DNA of 64,000 nt, from positions 13,192 to 77,191 of the forward strand of contig DENL01000005.1 in the NCBI GenBank assembly GCA_002359655.1. Direction: 5' to 3'. A program made the translations under genes and the position numbers. The stretch comes from Rickettsiales bacterium UBA2645 (GTDB lineage Bacteria; Pseudomonadota; Alphaproteobacteria; Rickettsiales; UBA1997). Shown here piece after piece: positions 49,031 through 59,373 of this stretch; within the stretch, counting starts at the first letter, position 1; every line of letters starts with the position of its first letter. Below the pieces are notes generated by a model. That model had not been told where the DNA came from. It did no database searches and was given only the letters and a program-made list of their open reading frames with translations.

Positions 49031-49776
49031 AGATTTTCTTCTGTCATTTTCACAGCCTCAACTGTGCCGATATGAAAGTATTTTCCTTTTAACTCAACGC
49101 CTTCAACTCGATTTAAAAATTTATTTTCACCAACGGCTTCTTTATAAAAATAAGACATCGACAGGCAGTTTTTATTTTGTGAAAAAACTCCGCTTTGTTG
49201 TGCTTTTAATAAAATTTTTGGATTGATGATTTGTAAACCAACAAAAACGTGGGTGTTTTTTTGCTTTGAATCTTTAGATAATTTTTTGCCATCAAAAATA
49301 AAATCTCCTCCAGTTAAATTTCCGTCATATCCTAAATATTCCGCAGTTTTTTTTAGACCCAAAAGAATGTCGTGATCCTTTGCATTCCAAGAATTGCAGA
49401 TCAGTTCAATATCAGAAATAGCAGAATTTTCTTGCCACAAAACATCGCCATTAAATGTTAAAAGAGGTTGATTGAAATCAATTTTATCTTTGGCAAATAA
49501 AAGTCCGCCAGCGGTTTCGATTTTTTCAATTTCGCGGGAAAAAATAATTTTTGGATTATTTAATTTTAAAATGTGCTGCTCGATTTGATCGGCTAAATAA
49601 AAGCCATTAACGATGATGGTTTTAATGTCAGAAATTTTGCTTAGCTTTTCAAAAGTATAATCGATTATTGGTTTATTTTTGATTTTAATTAAAGGCTTAG
49701 GAGTTGAGTCAGTTAAAGGTCTCATACGCTCTCCACGACCAGCGGCAAAAAGAAAACTCTGAGTAATTTTTGTCAT
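49027..49776 (-). CDS. Sugar-1-phosphate nucleotidyltransferase family protein (MurU/RmlA-like)
   Basis: 249 aa. 'AAGRGERMRPLTDSTPKPL' is the N-terminal NTP-transferase signature. Confidence 0.7.
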   Translation of the reverse strand: MTKITQSFLFAAGRGERMRPLTDSTPKPLIKIKNKPIIDYTFEKLSKISDIKTIIVNGFYLADQIEQHILKLNNPKIIFSREIEKIETAGGLLFAKDKIDFNQPLLTFNGDVLWQENSAISDIELICNSWNAKDHDILLGLKKTAEYLGYDGNLTGGDFIFDGKKLSKDSKQKNTHVFVGLQIINPKILLKAQQSGVFSQNKNCLSMSYFYKEAVGENKFLNRVEGVELKGKYFHIGTVEAVKMTEENL

Positions 49777-49797
49777 TACTTTGGTTAAAATTAAGGA

Positions 49798-50673
49798 TTA
49801 AATAACATCAAGCCCAATATCAACAGCGCGAACAGAGTGAGTCAAAGAGCCAATTGAAATGAAATCAATATCAAGTAAGCGAAATTTTTTGATTTTGTTT
49901 AAATTAATGCCGCCAGAAATTTCGATTAAAATTTTTTTAGATTTATAAGCGCGAATTTTTGCGGTGCATTTTTTGATTTCTACAACGCTCATATTATCAA
50001 GCATAATGATGTCAGGCTTCACTGGTATTGCTTCTACAACTTGCATGAAATTATCGCACTCAACTTCAATTTTTACTTTCTTATTTTGTTTCGCAGCCAT
50101 GATTGCTTGTTTAACTCCGCCAGCTGCCGCGATGTGATTATCTTTAATCAAAATCATATCCGACAAATTAAAACGATGATTTTTTCCACCACCAATCACA
50201 ACAGCTTGTTTTTGTAGTATGCGCAGTGTTGGTAAAGTTTTGCGTGTGTCTAAAATTTTGATTTTTTTGTTGTCTAAAGTTTTGACGAACTGATTTGTTG
50301 CGCTAGAAATTCCGCTTAAATGTTGCAGCAAATTAAGTATTACTCTTTCAGCAGCAAAAATTAATTTAGCATCACCAAAGCCTTCTGCTATTGCTTCTCC
50401 AGCTTTTATTATATCGCCATCTTTAGCGTTAACTTGCAGACCTAGAAAAATATTTTTGAATTTTTCTAGTTTGGTTAGCGAGTCAAAACAGTGATTAATT
50501 GCGGCAACTCCGCATAAAATGATTTCTTCGCGAGCAGTAATTTTAAAAGAAACTCTGGTGTTGTCTGCAATGGTTAGATCTGAAGTTAAATCTTGCTCGG
50601 ACGCGTCTTCTTCGAGTGCTGCTTGGCAAATTTTTTTTAACTCGTCATCAAATTTTAAAGTTTGGCGTGACAT
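49798..50673 (-). CDS. nadC: Nicotinate-nucleotide diphosphorylase (carboxylating), quinolinate phosphoribosyltransferase
   Basis: 291 aa. 'DTRKTLPTLR', 'GGGKNHRFNLSDMILIKDNH', 'IMLDNM', 'ISGGIN'. Confidence 0.92.
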   Translation of the reverse strand: MSRQTLKFDDELKKICQAALEEDASEQDLTSDLTIADNTRVSFKITAREEIILCGVAAINHCFDSLTKLEKFKNIFLGLQVNAKDGDIIKAGEAIAEGFGDAKLIFAAERVILNLLQHLSGISSATNQFVKTLDNKKIKILDTRKTLPTLRILQKQAVVIGGGKNHRFNLSDMILIKDNHIAAAGGVKQAIMAAKQNKKVKIEVECDNFMQVVEAIPVKPDIIMLDNMSVVEIKKCTAKIRAYKSKKILIEISGGINLNKIKKFRLLDIDFISIGSLTHSVRAVDIGLDVI

Positions 50674-51428
50674 TTTTTGGGATCAAATTTTCCTTCTTTA
50701 AGTTTGCGCAATCTTTCTTTGATGAAATGGCGCATAAAGCTTAACTCTTCAGAACTGACTTGTCTGGTTCCACTTTCGCTTTCATCAATAATTTTTTGAA
50801 TGACAAAAAAAGCCATGCAGCCGTCACCCATTTCTTCGTGAATAAAGGCCGGCATTTGTTTGGTCCAAAGTGGAGCGGTTTTAGCGTTATTTTCGCTTAA
50901 TTTGTAAGCTAATTCTAAAGCGCGATTGATGTCGCCCAAATTATTTTTGGCAATGTAAATCGCTTGAAACAGCCACCACCAATTTTTGTCAATATCTTTA
51001 GAAGAGTGCTCATCAAGATAGTTAATTACATATTTTGTATCTTGATGAGTCTGAGTTTGCGAATAAATATAAGCCGCAAGAGCGGGGGCAAAATTTGACT
51101 GATCGTTAAGTTGATCAAGTGTTGTCAGCCACTGATAAATGCGAGAATAATCATATTTTTTTAAAGCAACAAAGCCGGCAAAAACATCGCCAGAATTTTG
51201 CAGACGGGCAGCCATAACGCGAAATAGAAATTCGTTGTCGCCAAGTGATGCGGCCGAAATCAAATATTTGCTTGGAGCTTCTGGAACAATATCGAAAGCT
51301 GGTTTTATACTTTCAGTTTTGTGCCAGAAAAAAAGCTGCAGCACAAAAAATAAAATAAAAAACCAGAAGAAAATTTTGTGAGAGTAGAGGTGATAAAAGA
51401 AACGAAAATCTTGAAATGAGAGAGACAT
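50655..51428 (-). CDS. Hypothetical membrane-anchored protein (one N-terminal TM, helical repeat-like body)
   Basis: 257 aa with no recognised motif. It overlaps nadC by 19 nt and follows the ABC-2-like permease after a 5-nt gap. Confidence 0.5.
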   Translation of the reverse strand: MSLSFQDFRFFYHLYSHKIFFWFFILFFVLQLFFWHKTESIKPAFDIVPEAPSKYLISAASLGDNEFLFRVMAARLQNSGDVFAGFVALKKYDYSRIYQWLTTLDQLNDQSNFAPALAAYIYSQTQTHQDTKYVINYLDEHSSKDIDKNWWWLFQAIYIAKNNLGDINRALELAYKLSENNAKTAPLWTKQMPAFIHEEMGDGCMAFFVIQKIIDESESGTRQVSSEELSFMRHFIKERLRKLKEGKFDPKKCHAKL

Positions 51429-51433
51429 TTTGT

Positions 51434-52207
51434 TTAAAACTGTTTCTTCTTAAAATCATGAAAAGCCATGAAAATCATCAGCGGAATGTAGATCAAAGAT
51501 TGCAGTAAAATTATTTTTAAATTGCTGAAATCAGAAACGCCGTAACTAAGCCAAGAGCTTTGACCAAATAAATCAAGACGTGGGAAAATTGCTGAGAGAA
51601 TTTTCAAGATCAATCCGAAAGATCTTGCTGAAAACTCGAAAGTGTTGGAAGTGACTTTTTCTGGCAAATTGATTGCCATCACAAACATTCCCATCAATCG
51701 CGAAATTATGTAAAAACCAAAAGTTGCCATGATTGAGGAAAAAGAATTTTTCAAAATCAGCGAAGCAAGAATTGCGAAAGAAATCACGATCATCATCTCA
51801 GAAAGAAGGCTTAAAGACCAAATCAGCAGACCAAATTTGTCAGCTTTGGTAACGATTAAAATTGCCAATATCAGAGGCAGGATAATCACAAAGGCGGCAA
51901 TAAAAAATCCGGCTAAGTAACTGAAAATAAACTGTTGGCGCGAGATTGATTTTGATAAAATGAATTCGACTTCTTTATTTTCAAAAGCGCGATTGATGTT
52001 GAGGCAGACAAATAAAATCATTCCCAAAACCAAAACGCCGCGACTTAGTCCACCAATATATGCGGCAGTTGTTTGTCTTTCCTCAACCAAAGAAGTTGAG
52101 CCAAGAAAAATCGACAGTGAAAAGGCAATTACAAGCGAAATAAAGAGCCCGAGATAAAGCCTGTCTCTAGTACCGCTTAGCAGAATATATTTTAAGATAG
52201 ATTTCAT
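51434..52207 (-). CDS. ABC-2-type permease-like membrane protein (no partner ATPase adjacent)
   Basis: 257 aa, 6 TM. 'ENKEVEFILSKSISRQQFIFSYLAG' resembles the ABC-2/NosY-type 'E..T.E.LLSKPISR' segment. Confidence 0.55.
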   Translation of the reverse strand: MKSILKYILLSGTRDRLYLGLFISLVIAFSLSIFLGSTSLVEERQTTAAYIGGLSRGVLVLGMILFVCLNINRAFENKEVEFILSKSISRQQFIFSYLAGFFIAAFVIILPLILAILIVTKADKFGLLIWSLSLLSEMMIVISFAILASLILKNSFSSIMATFGFYIISRLMGMFVMAINLPEKVTSNTFEFSARSFGLILKILSAIFPRLDLFGQSSWLSYGVSDFSNLKIILLQSLIYIPLMIFMAFHDFKKKQF

Positions 52208-52209
52208 CT

Positions 52210-53808
52210 TTAGTAGGAAAAGACTTTTTCAAGTTTGCTCATTTTTTCTGGCTTGTCCTCAGGAGCATTTTTGTTGTAAAAGCTGCGGTCTTGTTTGTTA
52301 AGATTATTTCCGCTGCTGACGATTGTCGCCTTAATAAAAATGACCGTCTCAATCTTTCTGGTGTAGTTACTAAAAGCGCCAAAAATATATTTGAAGAAAG
52401 GAATTCTCATCAAGAATGGAATGCCAGTTCCATTGTTGTTAATACTTTCTGATATTAAGCCACCGATAACTAAAATATTTCCACTTTGTATTTTGGCGAT
52501 GGTGGAAAGTTCTCTGGTGTTGATAATTGGAATTGTATTGCCCAAAGACTTACCAGTTGAAGGATTGACCGAAGGGTCGATGGCAACTTCACCAGTGTCG
52601 ATTGATAGTTTTGGTTTAACTTCCAAAGTAATCTCGTTAGTGGCTAGATTTATTGAAGGAGTGATTTCTAGCTTGGCACCGACATCCAATTCGTTTTTAG
52701 TGGCGGTAACTGTTGAAACCGTGTTTGTTGCAGTACCAGTAGAAGTTGATGAAGAGGCACTAACTGTAAAGTATATTTTTTTCTGCGTGAAATCCAAAGT
52801 GGCCTTTTGGTTATTAATGGCGTTAACTCTTGGACTGGAAATTGATTTGGCTTTGCCAAATTGTTCCAGAGCGCTGATGGTTGCTCCCAAATCTCCACCA
52901 AGTCCCAATAGTTTAACTTTAGGAACTATTGCTGAAATTGAAGCTGTTGATCCAGAAGGACTACTAAAAGAAGTATTAGTTGATGCAGACTTTGCGTCAT
53001 TGACCCAGCTCCAATTAATTCCCGTATCAAACTCTTTGCTCAACGTAACTTCGATAATTTTGGCTTCGATCAAAACTTGTGCTGAGGAATTTCTGTAAAC
53101 ATCATCAAGATATTGAGAGACTTGTTCATGCTGAGATCTAGTAGCGTAAACTGAAATTATGCCAGCTGATTTATTGCTAGTATATCTGGAAGATGAGACA
53201 GAACTAGAGACGTTTTCAGAAGAAGAGTCTGAGCTAGAGCTAGAGTTTGAAGGGCTTGAATTCGAAGAGCCGTCAGAAAGAATTGCCGAAATATTGCTCT
53301 CAACATCTGACCAAAGCTGACTGCCAGATAAAAAATCAACAAAGTAATTTTTGCTGTAAGGTAGGTCGCGCTCGAAATGCAAAACTCCGTTTTGATAAGA
53401 GTAGCGAAGATTTCCCAAAGTTGCGATGCGATCAATAACTTCCTTCAAAGGACGATTTTTGGCATTGATTACAACGCCACCAGAAATTCCGCTGTCAAGA
53501 TCTACGTCAATTTTGGCAACACGTCCAAGTTCAATTAAAACATCCTTCAAAGGAATTTGATCAGTAACTGAAAAAGAGATTATTTTGTCACCGCCAATTT
53601 GTGGCGGTGGTGGATTCAAAATAAGCTTTGAAAAGCTTGGAATAGAATTTTCAGATGGCTTTTTTTCCAAAGCCAAGTTCTTATTTTTTGTAGAATCTAT
53701 TTTACTTGGCGAACAAGAAAGCAAGACTAACAGCAGCGCAGGAAGTAAAATTTTTCTAAAAAAATTCATTGGGCGGAAAGCTTGATTTCGCAGGGTTGGC
53801 AAGGTCAA
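52210..53808 (-). CDS. Secretin-family outer-membrane lipoprotein (MshL/PilQ/GspD-like)
   Basis: C-terminal secretin core 'ISSPRVNAINNQKATL...IPIINTRELSTIAKIQSGNILVIGGLI...GIPFLMRIPFFKYIFG'. Lipobox 'LLVLLSC|S' (probable true start Met14 at 53769). Ser-rich linker 'SDGSSNSSPSNSSSSSDSSSENVSSSVSSS'. Confidence 0.8.
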   Translation of the reverse strand: MTLPTLRNQAFRPMNFFRKILLPALLLVLLSCSPSKIDSTKNKNLALEKKPSENSIPSFSKLILNPPPPQIGGDKIISFSVTDQIPLKDVLIELGRVAKIDVDLDSGISGGVVINAKNRPLKEVIDRIATLGNLRYSYQNGVLHFERDLPYSKNYFVDFLSGSQLWSDVESNISAILSDGSSNSSPSNSSSSSDSSSENVSSSVSSSRYTSNKSAGIISVYATRSQHEQVSQYLDDVYRNSSAQVLIEAKIIEVTLSKEFDTGINWSWVNDAKSASTNTSFSSPSGSTASISAIVPKVKLLGLGGDLGATISALEQFGKAKSISSPRVNAINNQKATLDFTQKKIYFTVSASSSTSTGTATNTVSTVTATKNELDVGAKLEITPSINLATNEITLEVKPKLSIDTGEVAIDPSVNPSTGKSLGNTIPIINTRELSTIAKIQSGNILVIGGLISESINNNGTGIPFLMRIPFFKYIFGAFSNYTRKIETVIFIKATIVSSGNNLNKQDRSFYNKNAPEDKPEKMSKLEKVFSY

Positions 53809-53941
53809 ATCTTATGTGACTCTGAAAGAATTTTTTGATGTTATTTGCGAAGTTTTTTTTGGCAATTGATTTTGTTGAATTAATTTTTAGCCTTTACCCA
53901 GCTGTTTCGAATCCCCTTTCAACCTATCTAAAAAAATAAAA

Positions 53942-55237
53942 ATGCTCAAAGAACAAGACAAGATTTTTACCAATCTTTATGGCTACGAGTCAGCTGGTTT
54001 AGAGGCTGCAAAAAAAAGAGGCGATTGGTTAGAAACCAAAAAATTTCTCAATCAAGGTTGTGAATGGTTGATTCAACAAGTAAAAGATTCTGGGCTGCGC
54101 GGTCGTGGTGGAGCTGGTTTTCCGACTGGTACGAAATGGTCTTTCGTGCCAAAAAAATCTGATCCAAAAGAAGGCAAACCACATTACTTGGTGATTAACG
54201 CTGACGAATCCGAACCGGGAACTTGCAAAGATCGCGACATTTTGCGCAACGATCCACACAAGCTTTTAGAGGGCTGTTTAATTGCCTCTCGCGCTATTAA
54301 CGCCAATACTTGTTACATTTACATTCGTGGTGAATATTACAACGAAGCAGTAGCCTTGCAGCGAGCAATTGATGAAGCCTATGCTGCAAAATTAATCGGA
54401 AAAAATGCCTGCAATTCAGGTTGGGATTTAGACATTTACATTCATCGCGGAGCTGGTGCCTACATATGCGGCGAAGAAACTGCTTTGCTTGAAAGTTTAG
54501 AAGGCAATAAAGGCCAACCGCGTTTGAAGCCACCATTTCCAGCACTTGTAGGGCTTTACGGCTGTCCGACCGTGATTAATAATGTTGAATCAATCGCCGT
54601 TGTGCCAGAAATTTTGCGCCGTGGACCAGCTTGGTTTGCCGCTTTGGGAAGAGAAAGAAATACCGGAACAAAAGTTTTTTGTATTTCCGGCCACGTTAAT
54701 AAACCCTGCAATGTTGAAGAAGAAATGGGCATTCCGCTGCGCGAATTAATTGAAAAACATGCTGGTGGAGTGCGTGGTGGTTGGGATAATCTTTTGGCAA
54801 TAATTCCTGGTGGATCTTCAGTTCCAATGTTGAACAAAGAAGTTTGCGACACAGTTTTAATGGATTTTGATTCACTAAAAAATGCCGGATCAGGTCTCGG
54901 TACTGCAGGCGTCATCGTAATGGATAAATCAACTGATGTGATTGCTGCAATTGCCCGTTTGTCACATTTTTACAAACACGAATCCTGCGGACAATGCACG
55001 CCATGCCGTGAAGGCACGGGTTGGTTGATGCGCATCATGGATCGTATGATTGAAGGTAAAGCCGAAGTAAAAGAAATCGATCAACTTTACAATTTAACCA
55101 AGCAAATTGAAGGTCACACAATCTGCGCCTTGGGTGACGCTGCCGCTTGGCCAGTTCAAGGTTTAATTAAAAATTTCCGTCCTGAGATGGAAAAGCGAAT
55201 CAAAAATTATCGATCAAATAACAGAAATAACAGCTGA
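53942..55237 (+). CDS. nuoF: NADH-quinone oxidoreductase subunit F
   Basis: 431 aa. '[13 protein letters not shown]', '[15 protein letters not shown]', '[12 protein letters not shown]'. Confidence 0.97.
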   Translation: MLKEQDKIFTNLYGYESAGLEAAKKRGDWLETKKFLNQGCEWLIQQVKDSGLRGRGGAGFPTGTKWSFVPKKSDPKEGKPHYLVINADESEPGTCKDRDILRNDPHKLLEGCLIASRAINANTCYIYIRGEYYNEAVALQRAIDEAYAAKLIGKNACNSGWDLDIYIHRGAGAYICGEETALLESLEGNKGQPRLKPPFPALVGLYGCPTVINNVESIAVVPEILRRGPAWFAALGRERNTGTKVFCISGHVNKPCNVEEEMGIPLRELIEKHAGGVRGGWDNLLAIIPGGSSVPMLNKEVCDTVLMDFDSLKNAGSGLGTAGVIVMDKSTDVIAAIARLSHFYKHESCGQCTPCREGTGWLMRIMDRMIEGKAEVKEIDQLYNLTKQIEGHTICALGDAAAWPVQGLIKNFRPEMEKRIKNYRSNNRNNS

Positions 55238-55337
55238 TTATTTTGTCTGCTGGGCGCGTGAGCAAAGAATTTAAACACATGCTTTAAAGTAAAATTTTCG
55301 TTTGATTAGATTCTTAATTTAAAGCCAAAAGCTCATA

Positions 55338-56471
55338 ATGCTAAATTCATCAAGCGAGTTTTTGTTTCCAGCTGATGTCCCTTATACCCCAGCTCCTCAG
55401 CAGCCTTTGAGAAGGAGATACAATATTACGGAAAGATTTAAACTAGCATTTCAGGCATCATTACTATCGTTTATCTCTTTCGTCATGCTAAGAAGTGTCA
55501 TTGTTAATGGCTTATCATCTTATTCGAATTTCTTAGTAGCCCCATTTGGATCAGTTCTTGCGGCAACTTCCATATTTGCTTGGGATATTGCGCTATATGG
55601 TCAAAGCAATGTTTTAGATCTGGCAAAAAGAGCTTTTGACGCAGTTATTACAAAAATTAATCTCATTAGAAATGGCTCGAAGCCAGATAAGCAAGTCAAC
55701 TCAGTGTTACCAAAGATCAGTAATACTGACTCTGAGTCTGATTTGGCAGTACTTAAAAAACTTTTGAGTGAATCAGAAATATTACCATCGCAAACAATGT
55801 TGAGCATATCCTCATGTGCTCCAGCATTTATTGATGCAATAGAATCAGATTTCTCACCATATCGCACCGCCGCAGAAGAATTTGTCTCTAAAGCTCCAAA
55901 ACAGGTTTCGACCGATGAATTGATTGTTTTAACAAATTACTATTTTTCTTCTTCCAAAAACTTATCAGCTTATGAAGCATTGGTTGAAAAGTTATTGGTA
56001 AATAAAGATGAGGCAAAATCTTTCATAAATAACAGAAATGATTTTGTTAAAAATTGGTTTCAAATGGATTACGGGTCTCGATTTGGCGGAAAAATTTCAG
56101 ATCCTAAAGTCTCTCAGCTATTGTTTTTGTTGCCAGTTTTAAATGAAATCGAAAGAGAGCAAAAATCAGATTCACAAAAATTTCAGCATGTTGAAATAGA
56201 GCTAATCAAAAGCAAATTTAATAAACATTTGGTCGAAATTTATCAGAATGTTGGCACGCATGATGAGACTAGGCTGGCACTTCTTTATGTGGCCAAGTTT
56301 TTGACTACTAAAAGTTGTGATTTTATTGGAGGTAAAAGTTGCCAACAAAATCAAGCAGAGCTGTCTTCAGTTGATAGGCATGATGAAGAAACAAGCATTC
56401 CTAATCCAAATACAGAACCAAAATCAGGCATGAATCTTAGATCTAGGTATCGCGGTTTAGAAAATGTTTAG
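55338..56471 (+). CDS. Hypothetical protein, no family recognised (two N-terminal hydrophobic helices)
   Basis: 377-aa ORF between nuoF and ispDF with no motif I can place. Confidence 0.5.
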   Translation: MLNSSSEFLFPADVPYTPAPQQPLRRRYNITERFKLAFQASLLSFISFVMLRSVIVNGLSSYSNFLVAPFGSVLAATSIFAWDIALYGQSNVLDLAKRAFDAVITKINLIRNGSKPDKQVNSVLPKISNTDSESDLAVLKKLLSESEILPSQTMLSISSCAPAFIDAIESDFSPYRTAAEEFVSKAPKQVSTDELIVLTNYYFSSSKNLSAYEALVEKLLVNKDEAKSFINNRNDFVKNWFQMDYGSRFGGKISDPKVSQLLFLLPVLNEIEREQKSDSQKFQHVEIELIKSKFNKHLVEIYQNVGTHDETRLALLYVAKFLTTKSCDFIGGKSCQQNQAELSSVDRHDEETSIPNPNTEPKSGMNLRSRYRGLENV

Positions 56472-56490
56472 ACAAGAAAATGTTTAGACA
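56459..56490. repeat. Perfect tandem duplication, 16 bp x 2 (agaaaatgtttagaca), spanning the stop codon of the 377-aa ORF
   Basis: Read directly. The stop TAG 56469-71 lies in unit 1. Confidence 0.95.
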
Positions 56491-56603
56491 AAATTTGTTA
56501 TTAGAGATTTCTTAGCTAAAAATTAATTTCAGAAATAGTTGCGTTAATTAACCTGCAATTGATGCTAAGCGCGAAAAAATTTCAAAAATTCATAGTTAAT
56601 TAA

Positions 56604-57800
56604 ATGACTAAAATAGTTGCGCTAATAACTGCCTGTGGTCGCGGGAATCGTTTCAATAGTATTGATGGAATTCCTAAACAATATCTTTCGCTTGCCGGAG
56701 TTCCGCTTCTGCGTCACTCAATTTTGGCTTTTTTAAATCATGCAAAAATTGACGATGTAATTTGTGTAATTCATCCAGAAGACATGGCGCTCTACGAAGA
56801 AGCGGTGGCTGGACTTGATTTGCTCAATCCAGTTTTTGGCGGCGAAACTCGTCAAGCTTCAATTCGCATAGGTTTGGAAGCTTTGCGTGAATATAATCCA
56901 GACAAAGTTTTGATTCACGATGGTGTACGCCCTTTTGTCTCTAAGCGTATCATCAATGGTATTTTAGAAAAATTAGAAACTCACCCAGCAGTAATTCCGG
57001 CAGTTGCAGTTGAAGACACGCTAAAAAAATATTCTGACGGAAAAATTGAATGGACGCTGGAGCGTGAAAATCTGTGGCGCGCACAAACTCCGCAAGGTTT
57101 TATTTTTGAAGATATTTTAAATTCTCACATCGCTTTTAAAGATTTGCATTTCACCGACGATTCAGCTTTAAACGAATATGCGGGCATTCCCGTCGCTATT
57201 GTCCCTGGATCACAAAATAATTTTAAAATTACTACGCAGGAAGATTTTGAACGCGCCAAACGCACAATTTCAATGCTGATTAAAAGTGTCAAAGAAGAAA
57301 ATCGCTGCGGCACTGGTTTTGATATTCACGCATTTCGTGAGCGCGAAAAAGATGAAAATAATTTGATTCGTCTTTGCGGCGTTGATGTAGAATTTGACAA
57401 AAAAATTGCGGCGCATTCTGATGGCGATGTCGGCATTCACGCTTTGATCGACGCGCTTTTGGGCGCTATTGGTGCTGGAGATATTGGTGAACATTTTCCG
57501 CCAACAGAAACAAAATGGAAAAATATCGATTCGCGCGAAATGCTGAAAACCGTAAAGCATTTACTGGTAAAAAAAGGCGCTACAATTTTAAACATCGACA
57601 TCACTGTAATTTGCGAAGAGCCAAAAATTTCTAAACTTAAAAGCACCATGCAAGCAGAGTTGGCAAAAGTTTTAGGAATTGCTAAAAGCCGCGTTAATGT
57701 GAAAGCAACAACCACCGAGAAGTTGGGATTTTTGGGTCGGAAAGAAGGAATTGCGGCGCAAGCGGTAACCTCAATTTGGATGGCGATTACTGAAGAGTAA
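56604..57800 (+). CDS. ispDF: Bifunctional IspD/IspF (MEP cytidylyltransferase / MEcPP synthase)
   Basis: 398 aa. N-terminal 'ACGRGNRF..PKQY' and 'LIHDGVRPF'. C-terminal 'GTGFDIHAF', 'HSDGDVGIHALIDALLGA'. Confidence 0.93.
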   Translation: MTKIVALITACGRGNRFNSIDGIPKQYLSLAGVPLLRHSILAFLNHAKIDDVICVIHPEDMALYEEAVAGLDLLNPVFGGETRQASIRIGLEALREYNPDKVLIHDGVRPFVSKRIINGILEKLETHPAVIPAVAVEDTLKKYSDGKIEWTLERENLWRAQTPQGFIFEDILNSHIAFKDLHFTDDSALNEYAGIPVAIVPGSQNNFKITTQEDFERAKRTISMLIKSVKEENRCGTGFDIHAFREREKDENNLIRLCGVDVEFDKKIAAHSDGDVGIHALIDALLGAIGAGDIGEHFPPTETKWKNIDSREMLKTVKHLLVKKGATILNIDITVICEEPKISKLKSTMQAELAKVLGIAKSRVNVKATTTEKLGFLGRKEGIAAQAVTSIWMAITEE

Positions 57801-57827
57801 CAAAAATCGTAGTGCCTAACTAATACA

Positions 57828-58664
57828 TCAGCTTTGCTTTTTCTGCGCGATTTCTAAAGATTTTTCCTGCAAAAAATTCATCCGCTCTTCAATTTCAATT
57901 TTAATTTTTTCGATCTGTTCTCTGCTGGTGTCTTTAGGAATGTAGAATGGTTTTTCGTCCAAGTAATAGCAGATGGTTGAGAAGGGTAGCGGGATTTTAA
58001 ATTGATCCCAAGTGTTGATGGTTTTGAATTTTGATGCCGAGCAAGATGATGCTAAAATTCCAACTTGGGCTATGCGCGCGATGTTTAAAATTTCACCATT
58101 AATTTTTTGATTCGGACCGCGTGGGCCGTCTGGCGTAACAATCAGACAGTAACTTTTTTTCAGACCTTCGAAAATTCTTTTGAAACTTCCAATGTCAATT
58201 CCACGCGAAGCTTTACGGCCACCACGCGAAGATCCAAGAATTGAAATTAAGCCAAATTTTTCCATAATTCTGCCTACAAAACGGCCATCGCCATGGCGCG
58301 AAGCCAGAGTCATAAAACTGTAATCAGGATAAAGTTTTTTTGATTTTTTGCTAGCAAAAGGTGCCAGCAAAAGACGATTATGCCAAAAAATAATTATTAG
58401 CGGAGTCTTATTCTTGGAAGCATTGAGCAAAGAATCTTCGTTAATGAAAATTTTTTTACTGCTGTAAAAAACCAAACGCATGTAAGATAAAAAAACTAAA
58501 CAAAGCAGCTCTTGAAACAGCCAAGAGTAAGTTATTTTGCGCAACAAAGCTTTGATTCTGGTTTTAATATCGTACCACTCAGTGTTGGTTTGATAACCAA
58601 AAATTTTCCATTTTTTTGACATTGTCAAAGCAATAACTAAATTTTTTGCCCAGTTGCTGCCCAA
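57828..58664 (-). CDS. DUF374/lysophospholipid acyltransferase-like family protein
   Basis: '[13 protein letters not shown]', '[18 protein letters not shown]', 'TPDGPRGP'. The start is more likely Met16 at 58619, which removes the overlap with tal. Confidence 0.6.
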   Translation of the reverse strand: MGSNWAKNLVIALTMSKKWKIFGYQTNTEWYDIKTRIKALLRKITYSWLFQELLCLVFLSYMRLVFYSSKKIFINEDSLLNASKNKTPLIIIFWHNRLLLAPFASKKSKKLYPDYSFMTLASRHGDGRFVGRIMEKFGLISILGSSRGGRKASRGIDIGSFKRIFEGLKKSYCLIVTPDGPRGPNQKINGEILNIARIAQVGILASSCSASKFKTINTWDQFKIPLPFSTICYYLDEKPFYIPKDTSREQIEKIKIEIEERMNFLQEKSLEIAQKKQS

Positions 58665-59290
58665 TCTTTGACGAAGGTTTCAAGGCCAGAAGTTGTAAGT
58701 GGGTGAGAGATTAATTGTTTTAAAACTTTAGCTGGAATTGTGGCAACATCAGCGCCTATTCTGGCAGCGGCGGTGATGTGAATTGGATTGCGAATTGAGG
58801 CCACCAAAACTTCGGTTTTGAATTCTGGGTAGTTAGAATAAATGTCGCAGATTTCTTCAATCAACGCCATGCCATCTTGGCCAATATCGTCAAGTCTGCC
58901 CACAAATGGCGAAACAAAAGTAGCACCCGCTTTAGCCGCCAAAATCGCTTGTGCAGCTGAAAAACAAAGTGTGACATTGGTTTGAATTCCTTTGTCAGAA
59001 AAATATTTACAAGCTTTAAGTCCGTCTAAAGTCATCGGCAATTTGATGCAGACATTTTTGGCGATTCTGCTTAAAATCTCGCCTTCGCGAACCATGTTTT
59101 CGTAGTCAGTTGCTGCAACTTCTGCGCTCACCGGACCGGTAATAATTTTGCAAATTTCGGCAATTACTTCTTTGAAATCTCGACCTGATTTTGCGATCAA
59201 GCTTGGATTGGTAGTAACGCCGTTAAGCAATCCGTAGGCAGCGATTTCTTTGATTTCAGCAATTTCGGCAGAGTCGATAAAAAATTTCAT
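58637..59290 (-). CDS. tal: Transaldolase/fructose-6-phosphate aldolase, short (type 3B) form
   Basis: I use the internal start '[23 protein letters not shown]' (217 aa). 'NVCIKLP', 'NVTLCFS', '[11 protein letters not shown]'. Confidence 0.88.
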   Translation of the reverse strand: MKFFIDSAEIAEIKEIAAYGLLNGVTTNPSLIAKSGRDFKEVIAEICKIITGPVSAEVAATDYENMVREGEILSRIAKNVCIKLPMTLDGLKACKYFSDKGIQTNVTLCFSAAQAILAAKAGATFVSPFVGRLDDIGQDGMALIEEICDIYSNYPEFKTEVLVASIRNPIHITAAARIGADVATIPAKVLKQLISHPLTTSGLETFVKDWAATGQKI

Positions 59291-59373
59291 AAAGTTTTTC
59301 GTTTGAATTTTGTAAGGCAGGGCTGTGATATGAGGTGAGAAATTAACTCTCCCAAATCTCTTTATCAACAATC

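Noticed and set aside
52391-53098. 235-aa ORF on the + strand inside the secretin gene
   Set aside because: It is antisense to a confidently assigned secretin. It stays open because of the Ser-rich low-complexity codons on the other strand, and it has no start context or motifs.
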